Shown: positions 37,996 through 49,319 of the stretch, in pieces
Layout: each line of letters starts with the position of its first letter
Numbering within the stretch: position 1 is the first letter of the stretch
NCBI GenBank assembly: GCA_938036435.1
Contig: CALHPU010000049.1
Location: 15,434 to 79,433 of the forward strand
DNA length: 64,000 nt
Direction of reading: 5' to 3'
Source of the DNA: an uncultured Pirellulaceae bacterium
GTDB taxonomy: Bacteria > Planctomycetota > Planctomycetia > Pirellulales > Pirellulaceae
Program-made: the position numbers and the translations under genes
The notes under the pieces: model-generated
The model's input: the letters and a program-made list of their open reading frames with translations, nothing else
Database searches by the model: none
Told to the model about the DNA's origin: nothing

Positions 37996-39267
37996 TTAGA
38001 GAAACAGAGCCATAGTCACTTTGGCTGCGATACAAGCGAAACCTGTTGCCATAATCGCACCTTCAATCCACGACGGCATACGAAAGAAGTCGTGCCGCCA
38101 CGATTTGGGAGGACTAATTTTCGGCATTGGATGGGCGTCGGGATGTTCGAAGTGAGCCAGCATCGACTCTAACACTTTCGTCAACTCTTGGGCTGACGCG
38201 AATCGATCCGCAGGGTCGATCTCCAACAAGCGATGAATGGTTGCGGCCAAAGCATTATCGATCTTCCGGTTAAGTCGCCTGATGTCGTCGACGGGTCGAT
38301 GGCAGATTTGGTTCATCACCGCCAAGGGATGCTGCGCTTTAAATGGTGTTAGACCGGTGGCAAGAAAATACATCACGCCGCCCAGACTGAACAAATCTGA
38401 TTTGCAACAGAACTGCTTCCCCTGGCACTGTTCGGGAGACATATAGTGAGGCGTACCCGCGATCAAACCAGTGCGCGTAAGACTGGCTTCTTCGATTGTC
38501 TTCGCCAGTCCAAAATCCGTGATGACCACCTTCTGCTGATCAACATCCAGCAGAATATTCGATGGCTTAATATCTCGATGAACGACGCCCAAACGATGGG
38601 CTTCGGCCAGCGCCGATGCGATTTGCAAAGCGTACCGGACTACTTCTTCAGGCGAGAACGCACCCTGGCGAGCGACGACCTCTTCCAAGGTCTCTCCCGG
38701 CACCCAAGACATCACCAAAAAGGGATGCCGCGCGTTGGCCTTGACTTCAAAAATATCGATCACATGTTCATGCGAAATTGCAGCTGCAGATCGTGCCTCT
38801 CGCAAGAATTGCTTGCGCACGCCAGGCTGATTCGCCAAGTGAGGGAGTAACATCTTGATTGCAACCGCTCGATTCAGATGAGTATCGTGAGCCTTGTAAA
38901 CGACTCCCATACCACCACTACCAATGAGTGACTCAATTCTGTACTGCTCCAAACGCCGCATCGGAGGCGAGGAGAGAACCTTTGCAGCAGGTTGATTCTC
39001 ACAAAATTCGCTGGGGGCTGTTCCCAATTCTTGGGTAACTGATGCAGCTTCCGATTGATTGGAGACATCGCCAGCATCGTCGCCCACCGGTCGGTAGGCA
39101 CTCCACCACCAAGAATCGGCAGCCAAAGATTCCATCCTGTTTTGGCATTCGGTGCACGTATCAAAATGTTGACGCTGAACATCTGGAAGAGAATATAGCT
39201 CCAGCCCCTGAATCAAGTCGCGTAGCGTCGCGTCCTCAAGGTGAGTTTTATTAACGGGTTTTATCAT
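37996..39267 (-). CDS. Hanks-type Ser/Thr protein kinase with N-terminal zinc anti-sigma-like motif and C-terminal TM
   Basis: HFDTCTEC (HxxxCxxC), GSGGMGVV, VAIK, HRDIKPSN, DFG, YMSPE and DLFSLG. The likely ATG at 39267 overlaps the sigma factor stop. Confidence 0.92.
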   Translation of the reverse strand: MIKPVNKTHLEDATLRDLIQGLELYSLPDVQRQHFDTCTECQNRMESLAADSWWWSAYRPVGDDAGDVSNQSEAASVTQELGTAPSEFCENQPAAKVLSSPPMRRLEQYRIESLIGSGGMGVVYKAHDTHLNRAVAIKMLLPHLANQPGVRKQFLREARSAAAISHEHVIDIFEVKANARHPFLVMSWVPGETLEEVVARQGAFSPEEVVRYALQIASALAEAHRLGVVHRDIKPSNILLDVDQQKVVITDFGLAKTIEEASLTRTGLIAGTPHYMSPEQCQGKQFCCKSDLFSLGGVMYFLATGLTPFKAQHPLAVMNQICHRPVDDIRRLNRKIDNALAATIHRLLEIDPADRFASAQELTKVLESMLAHFEHPDAHPMPKISPPKSWRHDFFRMPSWIEGAIMATGFACIAAKVTMALFL

Positions 39268-40018
39268 TGATTTCACCGCTACCTTCATCGGAATGAGAAT
39301 CTGTAGCTTCGGGATTAGTTGGCACTTGCCAATCAAGGGTCGTTGCTGTTCGAATCTCATGAAGTCGCTCATCAAAGGGGATGCGATCTTCTTGATTTAT
39401 CGAATCCGACAACGACTCCCATTCGTTATCCATCAACCTTTCGACCGCCCCCCTCAATCGGCTCATCACACGTGACCGCGCGATGTAGACAGCACCGACA
39501 GAAAACGAAAGTTTCTCTGCAACATCGGCGGGCGGAACTTGGTCAACGTACGTTAGCCAGAACGCTTGCCACGTTTTCGCTTTAAAGTCACCTTGGATCT
39601 TGTCGATCACAAACAGAAAGACTTGCTTTCGAAAGGCAAGGTTAAACGTTGAGGTGGCTTGCTGAGGATCCATCACTTGTCCCAGCAAGTACAGCTGCCG
39701 TTGGTCGAAAACACCCTCTGACTGCAGAGCATTGGTGCGCTGTAGCGCCTTAATCATTTGATTTCTCGATACTCGCGCCAACCAGCGTCGAAAACTAGCA
39801 TTTTGCCCACTGGGTTTCCACCGGCTGATTACTGAAACCAGATGCACCAGAACTTCCTGCACGGCATCCGACGCGTCATGCGAGGTGAGCCCCAACCGTC
39901 GCGCCGTTTCTATTAGCAGCGGCGTATAGATCTCGATAAATTCGTCCCACGCCTGTTGATCCTCGGGATCGGCAAGCCGAAAAATCATGTTAACTTTGGT
40001 GGTGGGCGGAGCGCTCAT
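39251..40018 (-). CDS. ECF sigma-70 factor, kinase-associated planctomycete type
   Basis: DQQAWDEF..IYTP, DASDAVQEV, SFRRWL and region 4 (TWQAFW...VAEKL...GAVYIARSRV). Confidence 0.9.
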   Translation of the reverse strand: MSAPPTTKVNMIFRLADPEDQQAWDEFIEIYTPLLIETARRLGLTSHDASDAVQEVLVHLVSVISRWKPSGQNASFRRWLARVSRNQMIKALQRTNALQSEGVFDQRQLYLLGQVMDPQQATSTFNLAFRKQVFLFVIDKIQGDFKAKTWQAFWLTYVDQVPPADVAEKLSFSVGAVYIARSRVMSRLRGAVERLMDNEWESLSDSINQEDRIPFDERLHEIRTATTLDWQVPTNPEATDSHSDEGSGEINDKTR

Positions 40019-40667
40019 AAAAATGGCTACGAAGAGACAGGTGCGAGTGTTCCCGAAATTAATAAATACTTATGCAGAAATATGGGTTTCGAAGAGTTAA
40101 AAGAAATTTTTCAAAATGCTTGCAAAATGTGTGAAAGACTCGGCAGAATCTTGGATTATATATGGTTTAGCGCTCGCCATCGTCCATCGCGAAGACGAGA
40201 GACCGCAAACTCGACGCGGCAAGCTGAAGTCTTTTACCACCTCATTTTTTTCGTTTTCAAGTCATTACCACGTCTTACAGATCGCTGACTCGTACTAGAC
40301 AAACCGCACGCTACCAACTTCTTGAAGAACGCCGCTTGCTTGCCGGTGACATCCGCGTGGTCGAGGACGTTCATCTTTTTACCTGAAGTGATGGAGCCGA
40401 TAATCAATTCGAGATTGTCGTTGAAGACAACGCGCTCAAGATCGATAGACTTGACGAGACGAGACGATGAAAAACTATCACATCGGTTGAGTGCACGGGC
40501 GGCTACCCTCTCGAAGCCGTCGGAGCACCTTTCTCTGGCCGCAGTGATGAATTCATCATCGAAATTTACGATGATGCCTGAGACCGAACTCCTGAAAGCA
40601 GCTCGGTCGTGCAGTTCGATGGTAGAAGAGTTCGGCCAACGGACTTCCCTTCCCCTATCAAAACTAC

Positions 40668-42629
40668 CTACTCGCGTCGCTGCCAATCGTCGGTTCTGAA
40701 GGGACTGGCTGGCAACCCCGTCCCGTTGGTCAGGTTGCAGCCTGCTGGATTTTCAGCCCACGCATACCGAACGGCAACCGGCGATTTTACTTCGGCACTA
40801 GAGACCACGACCGATTGGCCGTCAATTTGAGCATCAGCCCAGTGAAACTTTTGGTCCTCGCCACAAATTTCAAATCGCTTTAATTCTTCACCGTCCTTGG
40901 CCGCCAATCCGTCAGCAAAATCAAACTGGATTCTGACTTTCTCACCTTCGATCGACATCGACTTATACGTCGGACCTGAGTACCGAACATCTTTTCCGTA
41001 GTCTTTGGCCAAAGCGATTAACGCCAGTCGCTTGCCGACATCCTGTTTGTTCTTTGGATGAATATCCGATGCCTCGCCTATGTCGATAATCACAGCCTGC
41101 CCAGTCTTGGGCAGTGAGAGCGTCATCGACTGGGCCTCACGCAGTTCGGCCCATTGGCTGTCGTAGGGCTGGTCGACGGGAGCCTGAAAGTTGGCAAGCT
41201 GAACCCAGTAGAATGACAAATCATTTTGAAAAGCCTTCCGCCAATCTTTTACCAACAGCGGCATCAAAGTCCTATATTGACGCCCACCACCACGCCTAGC
41301 GTTGGATTCGCCTTGGTACCAAATCGCTCCGCGTATTGAAAGTGGAAGCAGTGGATTGATCATCGCATTGTGAAGCACCATTGGCTGATTTTGATTAGTG
41401 CGGATACCTTTTGGCTTCGGCCCTACCTTTTTGGTGGCAGGTTCAAGACTGAACCTCCACTGGCCAGCGAGCGAAATAGGTTCCTCGCCTTCGAGCCCAA
41501 TGAACAGTTCCTCTGCGTCACCAACAATACCGCCACCGAGATTTCCATCGGTGACTTTCACCGCGATGGTGAGATCATTGGAATTAGTCACCTTCGCCGG
41601 CACCTCATACCGCCTTTTAGCATCCCACATCAAATTTTCACCGACTTTGGTCCCGTTGACCCACGTGATGTCTGCATCGTCGATGACACCTAATGACAAC
41701 TTAAGCGGTTTGCCTTTCCAGCGATCGGGAATGGACACTTTTCGACGATACCATGCAACGCCGTCGATGTCTTTATAACCTTGCTGCTCCCAATAGCCCG
41801 GAAGCGTCTGCGTTGCCCAACCTGCATCGTCGATTGAAACTTCCTGCCACGCCTCGGCCGGTTGCTTTTGCATTTTACGATATGCCTTTCTCCAAGCATC
41901 GACCTTTTTAGCCATACTCCTTGCATGGTCCGGATCCACCGCAGCCGCCTGCATCCTCTCAATGTCGGACTTGAAATCTGGATGGGTCTTTAGTGAATCA
42001 CCACTAATCCAAGCCTGAATAATCGTCCCGCCCCAATTCGAATTCACCAATCCAATTGGCATCTTTAATTCCTGATGAAGTCGACGAGCGAAGAAGTAAC
42101 CCACAGCAGTAAAGTCACCGACCGTTTCCGGTGAACAGACCTGCCAACCAGAATGCTGTGCCTTCTCTTCAGGAGAGAGACTGGTCGAGCGAGTGATTTT
42201 GAGTTGGCGAATCATCGGATAGTTCGCCGCCGCAATCTCAGCTTTCGCATCTTTGACTTTCCTTACCTCCCACGCCATGTTGGACTGGCCTCCGCAAATC
42301 CAAACCTCGCCTCCAACGATGTCGTTGAGTTCGAGAGTTTCCGATTTACTGGCAACCTTGATTGCAAACGGCGCTCCTAACCCGGGAGCCGGCAACTGCA
42401 GATTCCACTTGCCATCATCCGCCGCTTTGGTTGATATCGAACTCTGTCTGAGTGTAGCGGTGACCGATTCTCCTGCCTCTGCCCAACCCCAAATTTTGAC
42501 CGGCTGATCATGCTGCACAACCATGTGGTCGCCCAATGGCGAACCCAGTTCCAAATCCGCCTGCAATCGACCGCTGGTAAAAAGAAACGTCAGAGACAAA
42601 CCCAAAAAGAAAACGATCGCGCGAAGCAT
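40668..42629 (-). CDS. Sialate O-acetylesterase (SASA/SGNH family) with inserted sugar-binding domain
   Basis: GEVWICGGQSNM, TAVGYFF, WGGT, WYQGESN, VQLANF, DIHPKNKQ, VRYAW and LPASPF. Signal peptide. Confidence 0.9.
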   Translation of the reverse strand: MLRAIVFFLGLSLTFLFTSGRLQADLELGSPLGDHMVVQHDQPVKIWGWAEAGESVTATLRQSSISTKAADDGKWNLQLPAPGLGAPFAIKVASKSETLELNDIVGGEVWICGGQSNMAWEVRKVKDAKAEIAAANYPMIRQLKITRSTSLSPEEKAQHSGWQVCSPETVGDFTAVGYFFARRLHQELKMPIGLVNSNWGGTIIQAWISGDSLKTHPDFKSDIERMQAAAVDPDHARSMAKKVDAWRKAYRKMQKQPAEAWQEVSIDDAGWATQTLPGYWEQQGYKDIDGVAWYRRKVSIPDRWKGKPLKLSLGVIDDADITWVNGTKVGENLMWDAKRRYEVPAKVTNSNDLTIAVKVTDGNLGGGIVGDAEELFIGLEGEEPISLAGQWRFSLEPATKKVGPKPKGIRTNQNQPMVLHNAMINPLLPLSIRGAIWYQGESNARRGGGRQYRTLMPLLVKDWRKAFQNDLSFYWVQLANFQAPVDQPYDSQWAELREAQSMTLSLPKTGQAVIIDIGEASDIHPKNKQDVGKRLALIALAKDYGKDVRYSGPTYKSMSIEGEKVRIQFDFADGLAAKDGEELKRFEICGEDQKFHWADAQIDGQSVVVSSAEVKSPVAVRYAWAENPAGCNLTNGTGLPASPFRTDDWQRRE

Positions 42630-42714
42630 GGCAACACTCGGGAAGGAACGATTGGAAACGGAAACAACGCTGGAAGACTGTTTTAACCTAAACGACACGA
42701 CCATGGGTCGCAAA

Positions 42715-44871
42715 TTACGATGTCTTCATCGACAAACTGATTCGTTTCCCTTTTTCATCAACACTTACGACTCGCACACTTACAATGTCGTTGACCGAAA
42801 CGATCTCCGCTGGGTCAGCCACATAGTGATCGGCAATCTGCGAAACGTGAACCAACCCGTCTTGGTGCACGCCAATGTCCACAAACGCTCCAAAATTGGT
42901 GACGTTGGTTACCTGTCCCTGCAAACGCATTCCTTCCCGCAAATCGGAAACTTGCGTGACCGCATCGTCGAACTTAACGGCCTTGAACTGGCGACGAGGA
43001 TCACGTCCCGGCTTCACCAATTCCGCCAAAATATCTTTGACCGTCGGCTCGCCAAATTTATCATCTACAAAATCAATCGCTTTGAGTTTGGCAATCGCCG
43101 CAGAATTGCCAAGCATGCGATCGACTTTCATATCCAGCGTCTGCGCCATTTTCTTCACCAGCGCGTGGCTTTCCGGATGCACGGCAGAATTATCCAGCGG
43201 GTCTTTCCCATTGGCGATTCGCAAAAAACCAGCCGCCTGTTGGAAGACTTTCTTTCCCAACTTCGGCACCTCCAGCAACTGGTTCTTCGAATCGAACACG
43301 CCGTTGGCATCGCGATGAGCAACGATACGCTTGGCCGTTTTAGGGCCGATGCCTGAGACGTACGCGAGTAAATGTTGGCTTGCCGTGTTCAGCTCCACTC
43401 CCACTAAATTCACACACGATTCAACCTCTCGATCCAACGACCGTTTCAGCTCCGCTTGATTCACGTCGTGCTGATATTGTCCAACGCCAATCGATTTCGC
43501 ATCGATCTTGACCAACTCCGCCAGCGGATCTTGCAACCGGTGAGCAATACTGATCGCGCCGCGCACCGTGATATCCAGATCAGGATACTCATCGATGGCA
43601 ACTTGACTGGCCGAGTAAATCGAAGCGCCGGATTCGCTGACGACGACTTTCGTGATGTCAAGTTTCTGTTTCTTGATCAACTGCCCGACAAAGGCATCCG
43701 TCTCGCGCGAAGCGGTACCGTTGCCAATGGCGATCATCTTGACGCCGTACTCCTTGATCAGCCCCAGCAATACTTTCGAGCCACCCGCGATGTCATTTTT
43801 TGGTGCCGTGGGATAGATGACCGTGCTCTGAAGATACTTGCCCGTTTCATCGACAACCGCCACCTTGCAGCCAGAACGAAAACCGGGATCTAAGCCGATC
43901 GTAACCAATTTACCTGCTGGCGGAGCCAGTAATAACTCGCGCATGTTCTTCGCAAACACATCGATCGCCTCTGTTTCTGCGGTTTCTTTCAAACTGGCTA
44001 TCACCGCTTGCGAGGCGGCTGGCAATAAATGCGTCTTCCAAGATGATTCCACAAGAGCAAGAAGGTCGTGAAAGAACTCGAAATCGCGGTTGGTCACCAA
44101 CCGCCGTTTCAGCTGCCGAAGAAAATATTCTTCGTCCACCGAGATCCCCAAATTGAGAAACCCTTCATCAACACCCCGACGTATTGCCAAAAACCGATGC
44201 GAAGCAATTCGTTTGATGGGCTCCGAAAAGTCGTAGTAGTTCTCGAACTTTTTGCCGGCTTCCTTCTTCCCACGTTTGACCTTGGAAGTCACCTTTCCAC
44301 TTCTGATTTCGGCGAACAGCCAAATCCGCAACTCAGGCTCTTGGGTCCAAGATTCAGCCACAATGTGGCCGGCTCCTTCGAGAGCCGCTTCGCTTGTTTT
44401 GATGCCATTTTTTACATCGATAAAGGGAGCCAGTATCGCCTTTTTAGTTTTGCCGATGCGTTCTTGTTTCAGCAACAAATCTGCCAACGGCCCTAACCCC
44501 GCCTCGCGAGCGATAGTTGCCTTGGTGCGGCGTTTCTTTTTGTAAGGCAAATACAAATCTTCCAAGAGCGCCTTGTCATTGCAGGCGATGATCTGCCTCC
44601 GAAGCTCGGCGGTGAGGGCTCCCTGCTCTTCGAGCGTGTTGAGAATCGACTTCTTTCGCGTGGCCACGGCTCGCGCCCTGGCGAGTTCGTCTTCAATCGC
44701 CCGCAGCGCAATCTCGTCCAATTCCTGCGTGGCTTCTTTGCGATACCGCGCGATAAAGGGCAGGGTGTTGCCCTCCTCAAGCAATCTAATCGCTGCAGCA
44801 ACACTGGAAACCGAAATTTGATTTGCAGTCGCAATACCTTTTGCGACAGCCTTAGCGTCAAAAAAATCCAT
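42715..44871 (-). CDS. tex: Tex/YhgF RNA-binding transcriptional accessory protein
   Basis: PFIARYRKE, LEDLYLPYK, LDPGFRSGCK, GNGTASRET, QDPLAELVKI, IGVGQYQHD and a C-terminal S1 domain. Confidence 0.95.
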   Translation of the reverse strand: MDFFDAKAVAKGIATANQISVSSVAAAIRLLEEGNTLPFIARYRKEATQELDEIALRAIEDELARARAVATRKKSILNTLEEQGALTAELRRQIIACNDKALLEDLYLPYKKKRRTKATIAREAGLGPLADLLLKQERIGKTKKAILAPFIDVKNGIKTSEAALEGAGHIVAESWTQEPELRIWLFAEIRSGKVTSKVKRGKKEAGKKFENYYDFSEPIKRIASHRFLAIRRGVDEGFLNLGISVDEEYFLRQLKRRLVTNRDFEFFHDLLALVESSWKTHLLPAASQAVIASLKETAETEAIDVFAKNMRELLLAPPAGKLVTIGLDPGFRSGCKVAVVDETGKYLQSTVIYPTAPKNDIAGGSKVLLGLIKEYGVKMIAIGNGTASRETDAFVGQLIKKQKLDITKVVVSESGASIYSASQVAIDEYPDLDITVRGAISIAHRLQDPLAELVKIDAKSIGVGQYQHDVNQAELKRSLDREVESCVNLVGVELNTASQHLLAYVSGIGPKTAKRIVAHRDANGVFDSKNQLLEVPKLGKKVFQQAAGFLRIANGKDPLDNSAVHPESHALVKKMAQTLDMKVDRMLGNSAAIAKLKAIDFVDDKFGEPTVKDILAELVKPGRDPRRQFKAVKFDDAVTQVSDLREGMRLQGQVTNVTNFGAFVDIGVHQDGLVHVSQIADHYVADPAEIVSVNDIVSVRVVSVDEKGKRISLSMKTS

Positions 44872-44999
44872 TGAGCGTTTGTGTTAGGGCAATTGATTGA
44901 AGGGGGCCTCGCGGCGAGCAGTGGCCGCCAAGGTTATCCCCCGCCGAGTTATCGATTCCATTGTGGAGGAGAGCTCGGTTGCTCGAGTAAGGGACGTGG

Positions 45000-47783
45000 C
45001 TATCCCACGTTCTGCAATCCGGCGGCGATGCCGTTGATTGATTGCAAGATACATTGCCGAATGTGTTCGGCATTCGGGCCCTCCGGATCCTGACGAAGTT
45101 TCTTTAATAACTCGACCTGAATGTAATTCAACGGATCGACGTAGGGATTGCGCACCTGAATCGAGCGCTGCAACCACGGCTCGGTGTCCAGCACGTTCTC
45201 TGTCCCTGTCACCTCCAGCAACAAGTCACGGCTCAGCTCAAACTCGGTTTTGATGTCACCGAAAATCACCTTTGCATGTTCGGGGTCGGCAAGCTCCGCG
45301 TAGAGACTGGCAATCGCCATATCAGCGCGCCCCATTCCCAGATGCACATTATCCAACATCGTCTGGAAAAATGGCCAATCGCGATACATCCCTTTCAACA
45401 TCGCCATTTGCTCGGCCCGGTCGCCCGCATCTAGCCATGCCTTAAACCCTGTTCCCACACCGTACCAAGACGGTACATTGGCGCGAGACTGCGTCCAAGC
45501 AAACACCCATGGAATCGCCCGCAAATCATTTAGCGTCTTGGTCGCGCGACGATGAGTGGGCCGCGAACCAATGTTCAACTGGCCAATTTGGTCCATCGGC
45601 GTGGCAGCTTGGAAGTAATCCAAAAACATCGGATGCTGCACCAAGCCACGATACTTGTTGAATGCCGCGACACTCAATTGGTCCATCGCCTCTGCCCAGT
45701 TCTCAGGCGTCTCATGATTGGACTGGTCAGCCGCGCGATGCCCCGTCGAACACATTACCGCATTAAGCAATTGTTCCAGATGCCGACGCGCGATGCCCGG
45801 ATCGCTGTAACGCGAGCTTACCACCTCGCCCTGTTCAGTGATTCGTATTCGCCCACGCACGGATTCTTGTGGCTGAGCCAATATAGCTCGATTGGTCGGT
45901 CCGCCGCCGCGTCCCAATGAACCACCGCGCCCATGAAACAGCGTCAATTTGATTCCATGCTTAAGACAAGTCTGAGCCATCTGCCGCTGAGCGGTGAACA
46001 GCATCCAGTTGGCACGCATGTAGCCGCCGTCCTTATTACTATCGCTATATCCGATCATGATCTGCTGTTGGTTGCCGCGCTGCTTTAAGTGTTGGGCGTA
46101 AACGGGATGAGCAAACAGCCTTTCCATGGTCTCAGCCGCGCCCAGGAGATCATCGACCGTCTCAAACAACGGTACGATATCGATGCAGCCCACCAGATCC
46201 GAGTTCTTCGCCAACAGCAAAACCTCCAGCAGGTTACTTACGTTCTCGGTCATGCTGATGATGTACGTCTCCATCGCGCGAGCGCCGCCAGCGTGTTGAG
46301 CAGACTTAATCAAGTCGAACAACGCCAGCAGATCCGTCGTCGAATCGCTGACTCCATCAGTGACCAGTGGCGAGTTGCTTTCCAGCTGCTTGGTGAGGGA
46401 TTCGACCAATCTTTCTTCGTCCAAATCTGCGTAATTGTCGATCGACGCAGTCGACTTCATGAGATCGGCAACAGTGTTTCGATGATGGTCGGCGTGTTGG
46501 CGAACATCAATCGAGGCAAGATGAAAACCGAACACTTCCACCGCACGCATCAATCGGCGGAACCGCCCACTCACCAAGCGTTCTCCTTTATTTGCCTCGA
46601 GGCTCTCACGAATCAAATTAAGGTCATGCAAGAAAGCCTCCGCATCGGCGTAAGCGCGTGGCATATCGGCGTCAGCCTGTTCGCTCAACGGCAGCTCCGT
46701 CTTGCGTAGCGTCGTCATCAACCGGCGATAGACCATCACCAATTTTTCACGATAAGGCTCCTGCTGAAAACGATCCAGCAGTTCGTGTTCAGCATCCTCA
46801 ACCAATTTTCGGTCTTCCCTCAAACTGTTCAAGAACGCATCAGAGAATCCAACGCGGCTCTTTGAGCAACTTAGCAGTTCATAGAACGACAAGACCTCGC
46901 GTTGGTAGAGCTCAAGCACAAGTTTCTTCTGCGCTCGCAAGGCTTCGGTGGTTACGTCGTTGGTCACGAAAGGATTACCGTCACGATCGCCGCCAATCCA
47001 CGAGCCGTAACGCAAGAACGCGGGGATCTCAAAATCGTGTCCCGGAAATACTGTCGCAAGGTCTCTTTCAAGTTGCTCGTAGATGCGCGGGACTTGTTCG
47101 AAGAGTGTATTTTCGAAAAAATAAAGCCCCGTATTGCGGACCTCGTCCATTACCATTGGCGGACGGTCACGCGTCTCGGCGCTTTGCCACAACAATACGA
47201 TGTAGTCCTGCAAAACATCCTTCACCCGTTCGCGTTGCCGCTTGTAGAGATCCTTTGAGGAGATCTTCTTCATCAGACCAGAGACGCTTTTGAGGATCTG
47301 GCGAATCGTTTGGCGACGAGACTCCGTCGGATGCGCGGTGAAGACCGGCATCACCAGCATCGAGCTGAGCATCTCTTGGATCTGCGTTGCGTCGAAGCCT
47401 TCTTCCTTAAGCGTGACGAGGGCTTGCTGGATGGTTTCGTCCATCGGTTCATTCGCCTCGTAAGCCGCATTCGAACGAGCCTCCAAAACACGCACGCGTT
47501 CGTGCTCCTCGGCCAGATTGACCAACTGGAAGTAAGTCGAAAACGCCTTCAAATTGACGTCGGTCTTCTCCGTGTCACTGCTCATCTCCGCCACAACCTC
47601 GCGAAGCTCACTGACGGCCGCCGCGCTACCACCGCGACCAGATTTCGCCAGCCCGCGGATCTTTTCCTCCAGCTCCAACATCTCCAGACCTTCCTGCTGG
47701 ACGATCGTCTGCCCTAACAGATCACCGAGGACACGGATCATTTTGCTAAGGTCGTTTTGGATGCTTGAATCTGCTGAGTTCAT
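45000..47783 (-). CDS. ppc: Phosphoenolpyruvate carboxylase
   Basis: FTAHPTE, GGDRDGNP, VPLFET, MIGYSDSNKDGG, FHGRGGSLGRGGGP, LRAIPW and GIAAGLQNVG. Confidence 0.97.
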   Translation of the reverse strand: MNSADSSIQNDLSKMIRVLGDLLGQTIVQQEGLEMLELEEKIRGLAKSGRGGSAAAVSELREVVAEMSSDTEKTDVNLKAFSTYFQLVNLAEEHERVRVLEARSNAAYEANEPMDETIQQALVTLKEEGFDATQIQEMLSSMLVMPVFTAHPTESRRQTIRQILKSVSGLMKKISSKDLYKRQRERVKDVLQDYIVLLWQSAETRDRPPMVMDEVRNTGLYFFENTLFEQVPRIYEQLERDLATVFPGHDFEIPAFLRYGSWIGGDRDGNPFVTNDVTTEALRAQKKLVLELYQREVLSFYELLSCSKSRVGFSDAFLNSLREDRKLVEDAEHELLDRFQQEPYREKLVMVYRRLMTTLRKTELPLSEQADADMPRAYADAEAFLHDLNLIRESLEANKGERLVSGRFRRLMRAVEVFGFHLASIDVRQHADHHRNTVADLMKSTASIDNYADLDEERLVESLTKQLESNSPLVTDGVSDSTTDLLALFDLIKSAQHAGGARAMETYIISMTENVSNLLEVLLLAKNSDLVGCIDIVPLFETVDDLLGAAETMERLFAHPVYAQHLKQRGNQQQIMIGYSDSNKDGGYMRANWMLFTAQRQMAQTCLKHGIKLTLFHGRGGSLGRGGGPTNRAILAQPQESVRGRIRITEQGEVVSSRYSDPGIARRHLEQLLNAVMCSTGHRAADQSNHETPENWAEAMDQLSVAAFNKYRGLVQHPMFLDYFQAATPMDQIGQLNIGSRPTHRRATKTLNDLRAIPWVFAWTQSRANVPSWYGVGTGFKAWLDAGDRAEQMAMLKGMYRDWPFFQTMLDNVHLGMGRADMAIASLYAELADPEHAKVIFGDIKTEFELSRDLLLEVTGTENVLDTEPWLQRSIQVRNPYVDPLNYIQVELLKKLRQDPEGPNAEHIRQCILQSINGIAAGLQNVG

Positions 47784-47986
47784 GGCTGTTTGAGGTGAAA
47801 TGGGCGATGAAACAAATGAATCTGGTGATTGGTGTCGGTATCGTGACTGGGTCTGAAGCCAGTGTTGTCCCGCTAAACATCATGTTTTAACGAATTTAGA
47901 CTTGTTGCGATACAAGCGTCAATGATATCGAGAGTTTGACGTTGACGATCACAATTCCGCATTTAGACTGTTCACGCACATATTAA

Positions 47987-49030
<1,044 letters not shown>

Positions 49031-49088
49031 CGTCGTGTTTGCATGATTGGCTGACGCGGCAATGCTGCGAAATGCCGACCAAAATATC

Positions 49089-49128
49089 AGGGAAGCCAAC
49101 GCGGCAACGTGTTGGCTTCCCTTTTTTT
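49089..49128 (+). terminator. Rho-independent terminator after ilvC
   Basis: AGGGAAGCCAACGCG-GCAA-CGTGTTGGCTTCCCT followed by a T run. Confidence 0.88.
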
Positions 49129-49165
49129 GTAGCTCTTCCTGGATTTTAATGGCTGCCTTGGAAAT

Positions 49166-49228
49166 CGTAGTGGGAGTCGCCAGAATTCCTTATCGGCGGA
49201 CAAAGGGAATTCTGGCGAATCCCACTAC
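49166..49228. repeat. GTAG-type REPIN of a second REP family
   Basis: CGTAGTGGGAGTCGCCAGAATTCC ... GGAATTCTGGCGAATCCCACTAC (inverted). Confidence 0.82.
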
Positions 49229-49319
49229 CTTTCACGTCTCTTTTGCTGCGGCTGCCCTCGGCAATTTGTCCCAATAAATTGATGTATCCTTCGCGCTTGC
49301 TTATGACGACAATATACCT

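Noticed and set aside
40234-40699. Overlapping 150-aa (-) and 125-aa (+) ORFs between the sigma factor and esterase genes
   Set aside because: No recognisable motifs. I cannot decide which, if either, is real.
42523-43356. 277-aa + strand ORF and similar long ORFs opposite tex and ppc
   Set aside because: Antisense shadows of well-supported genes.
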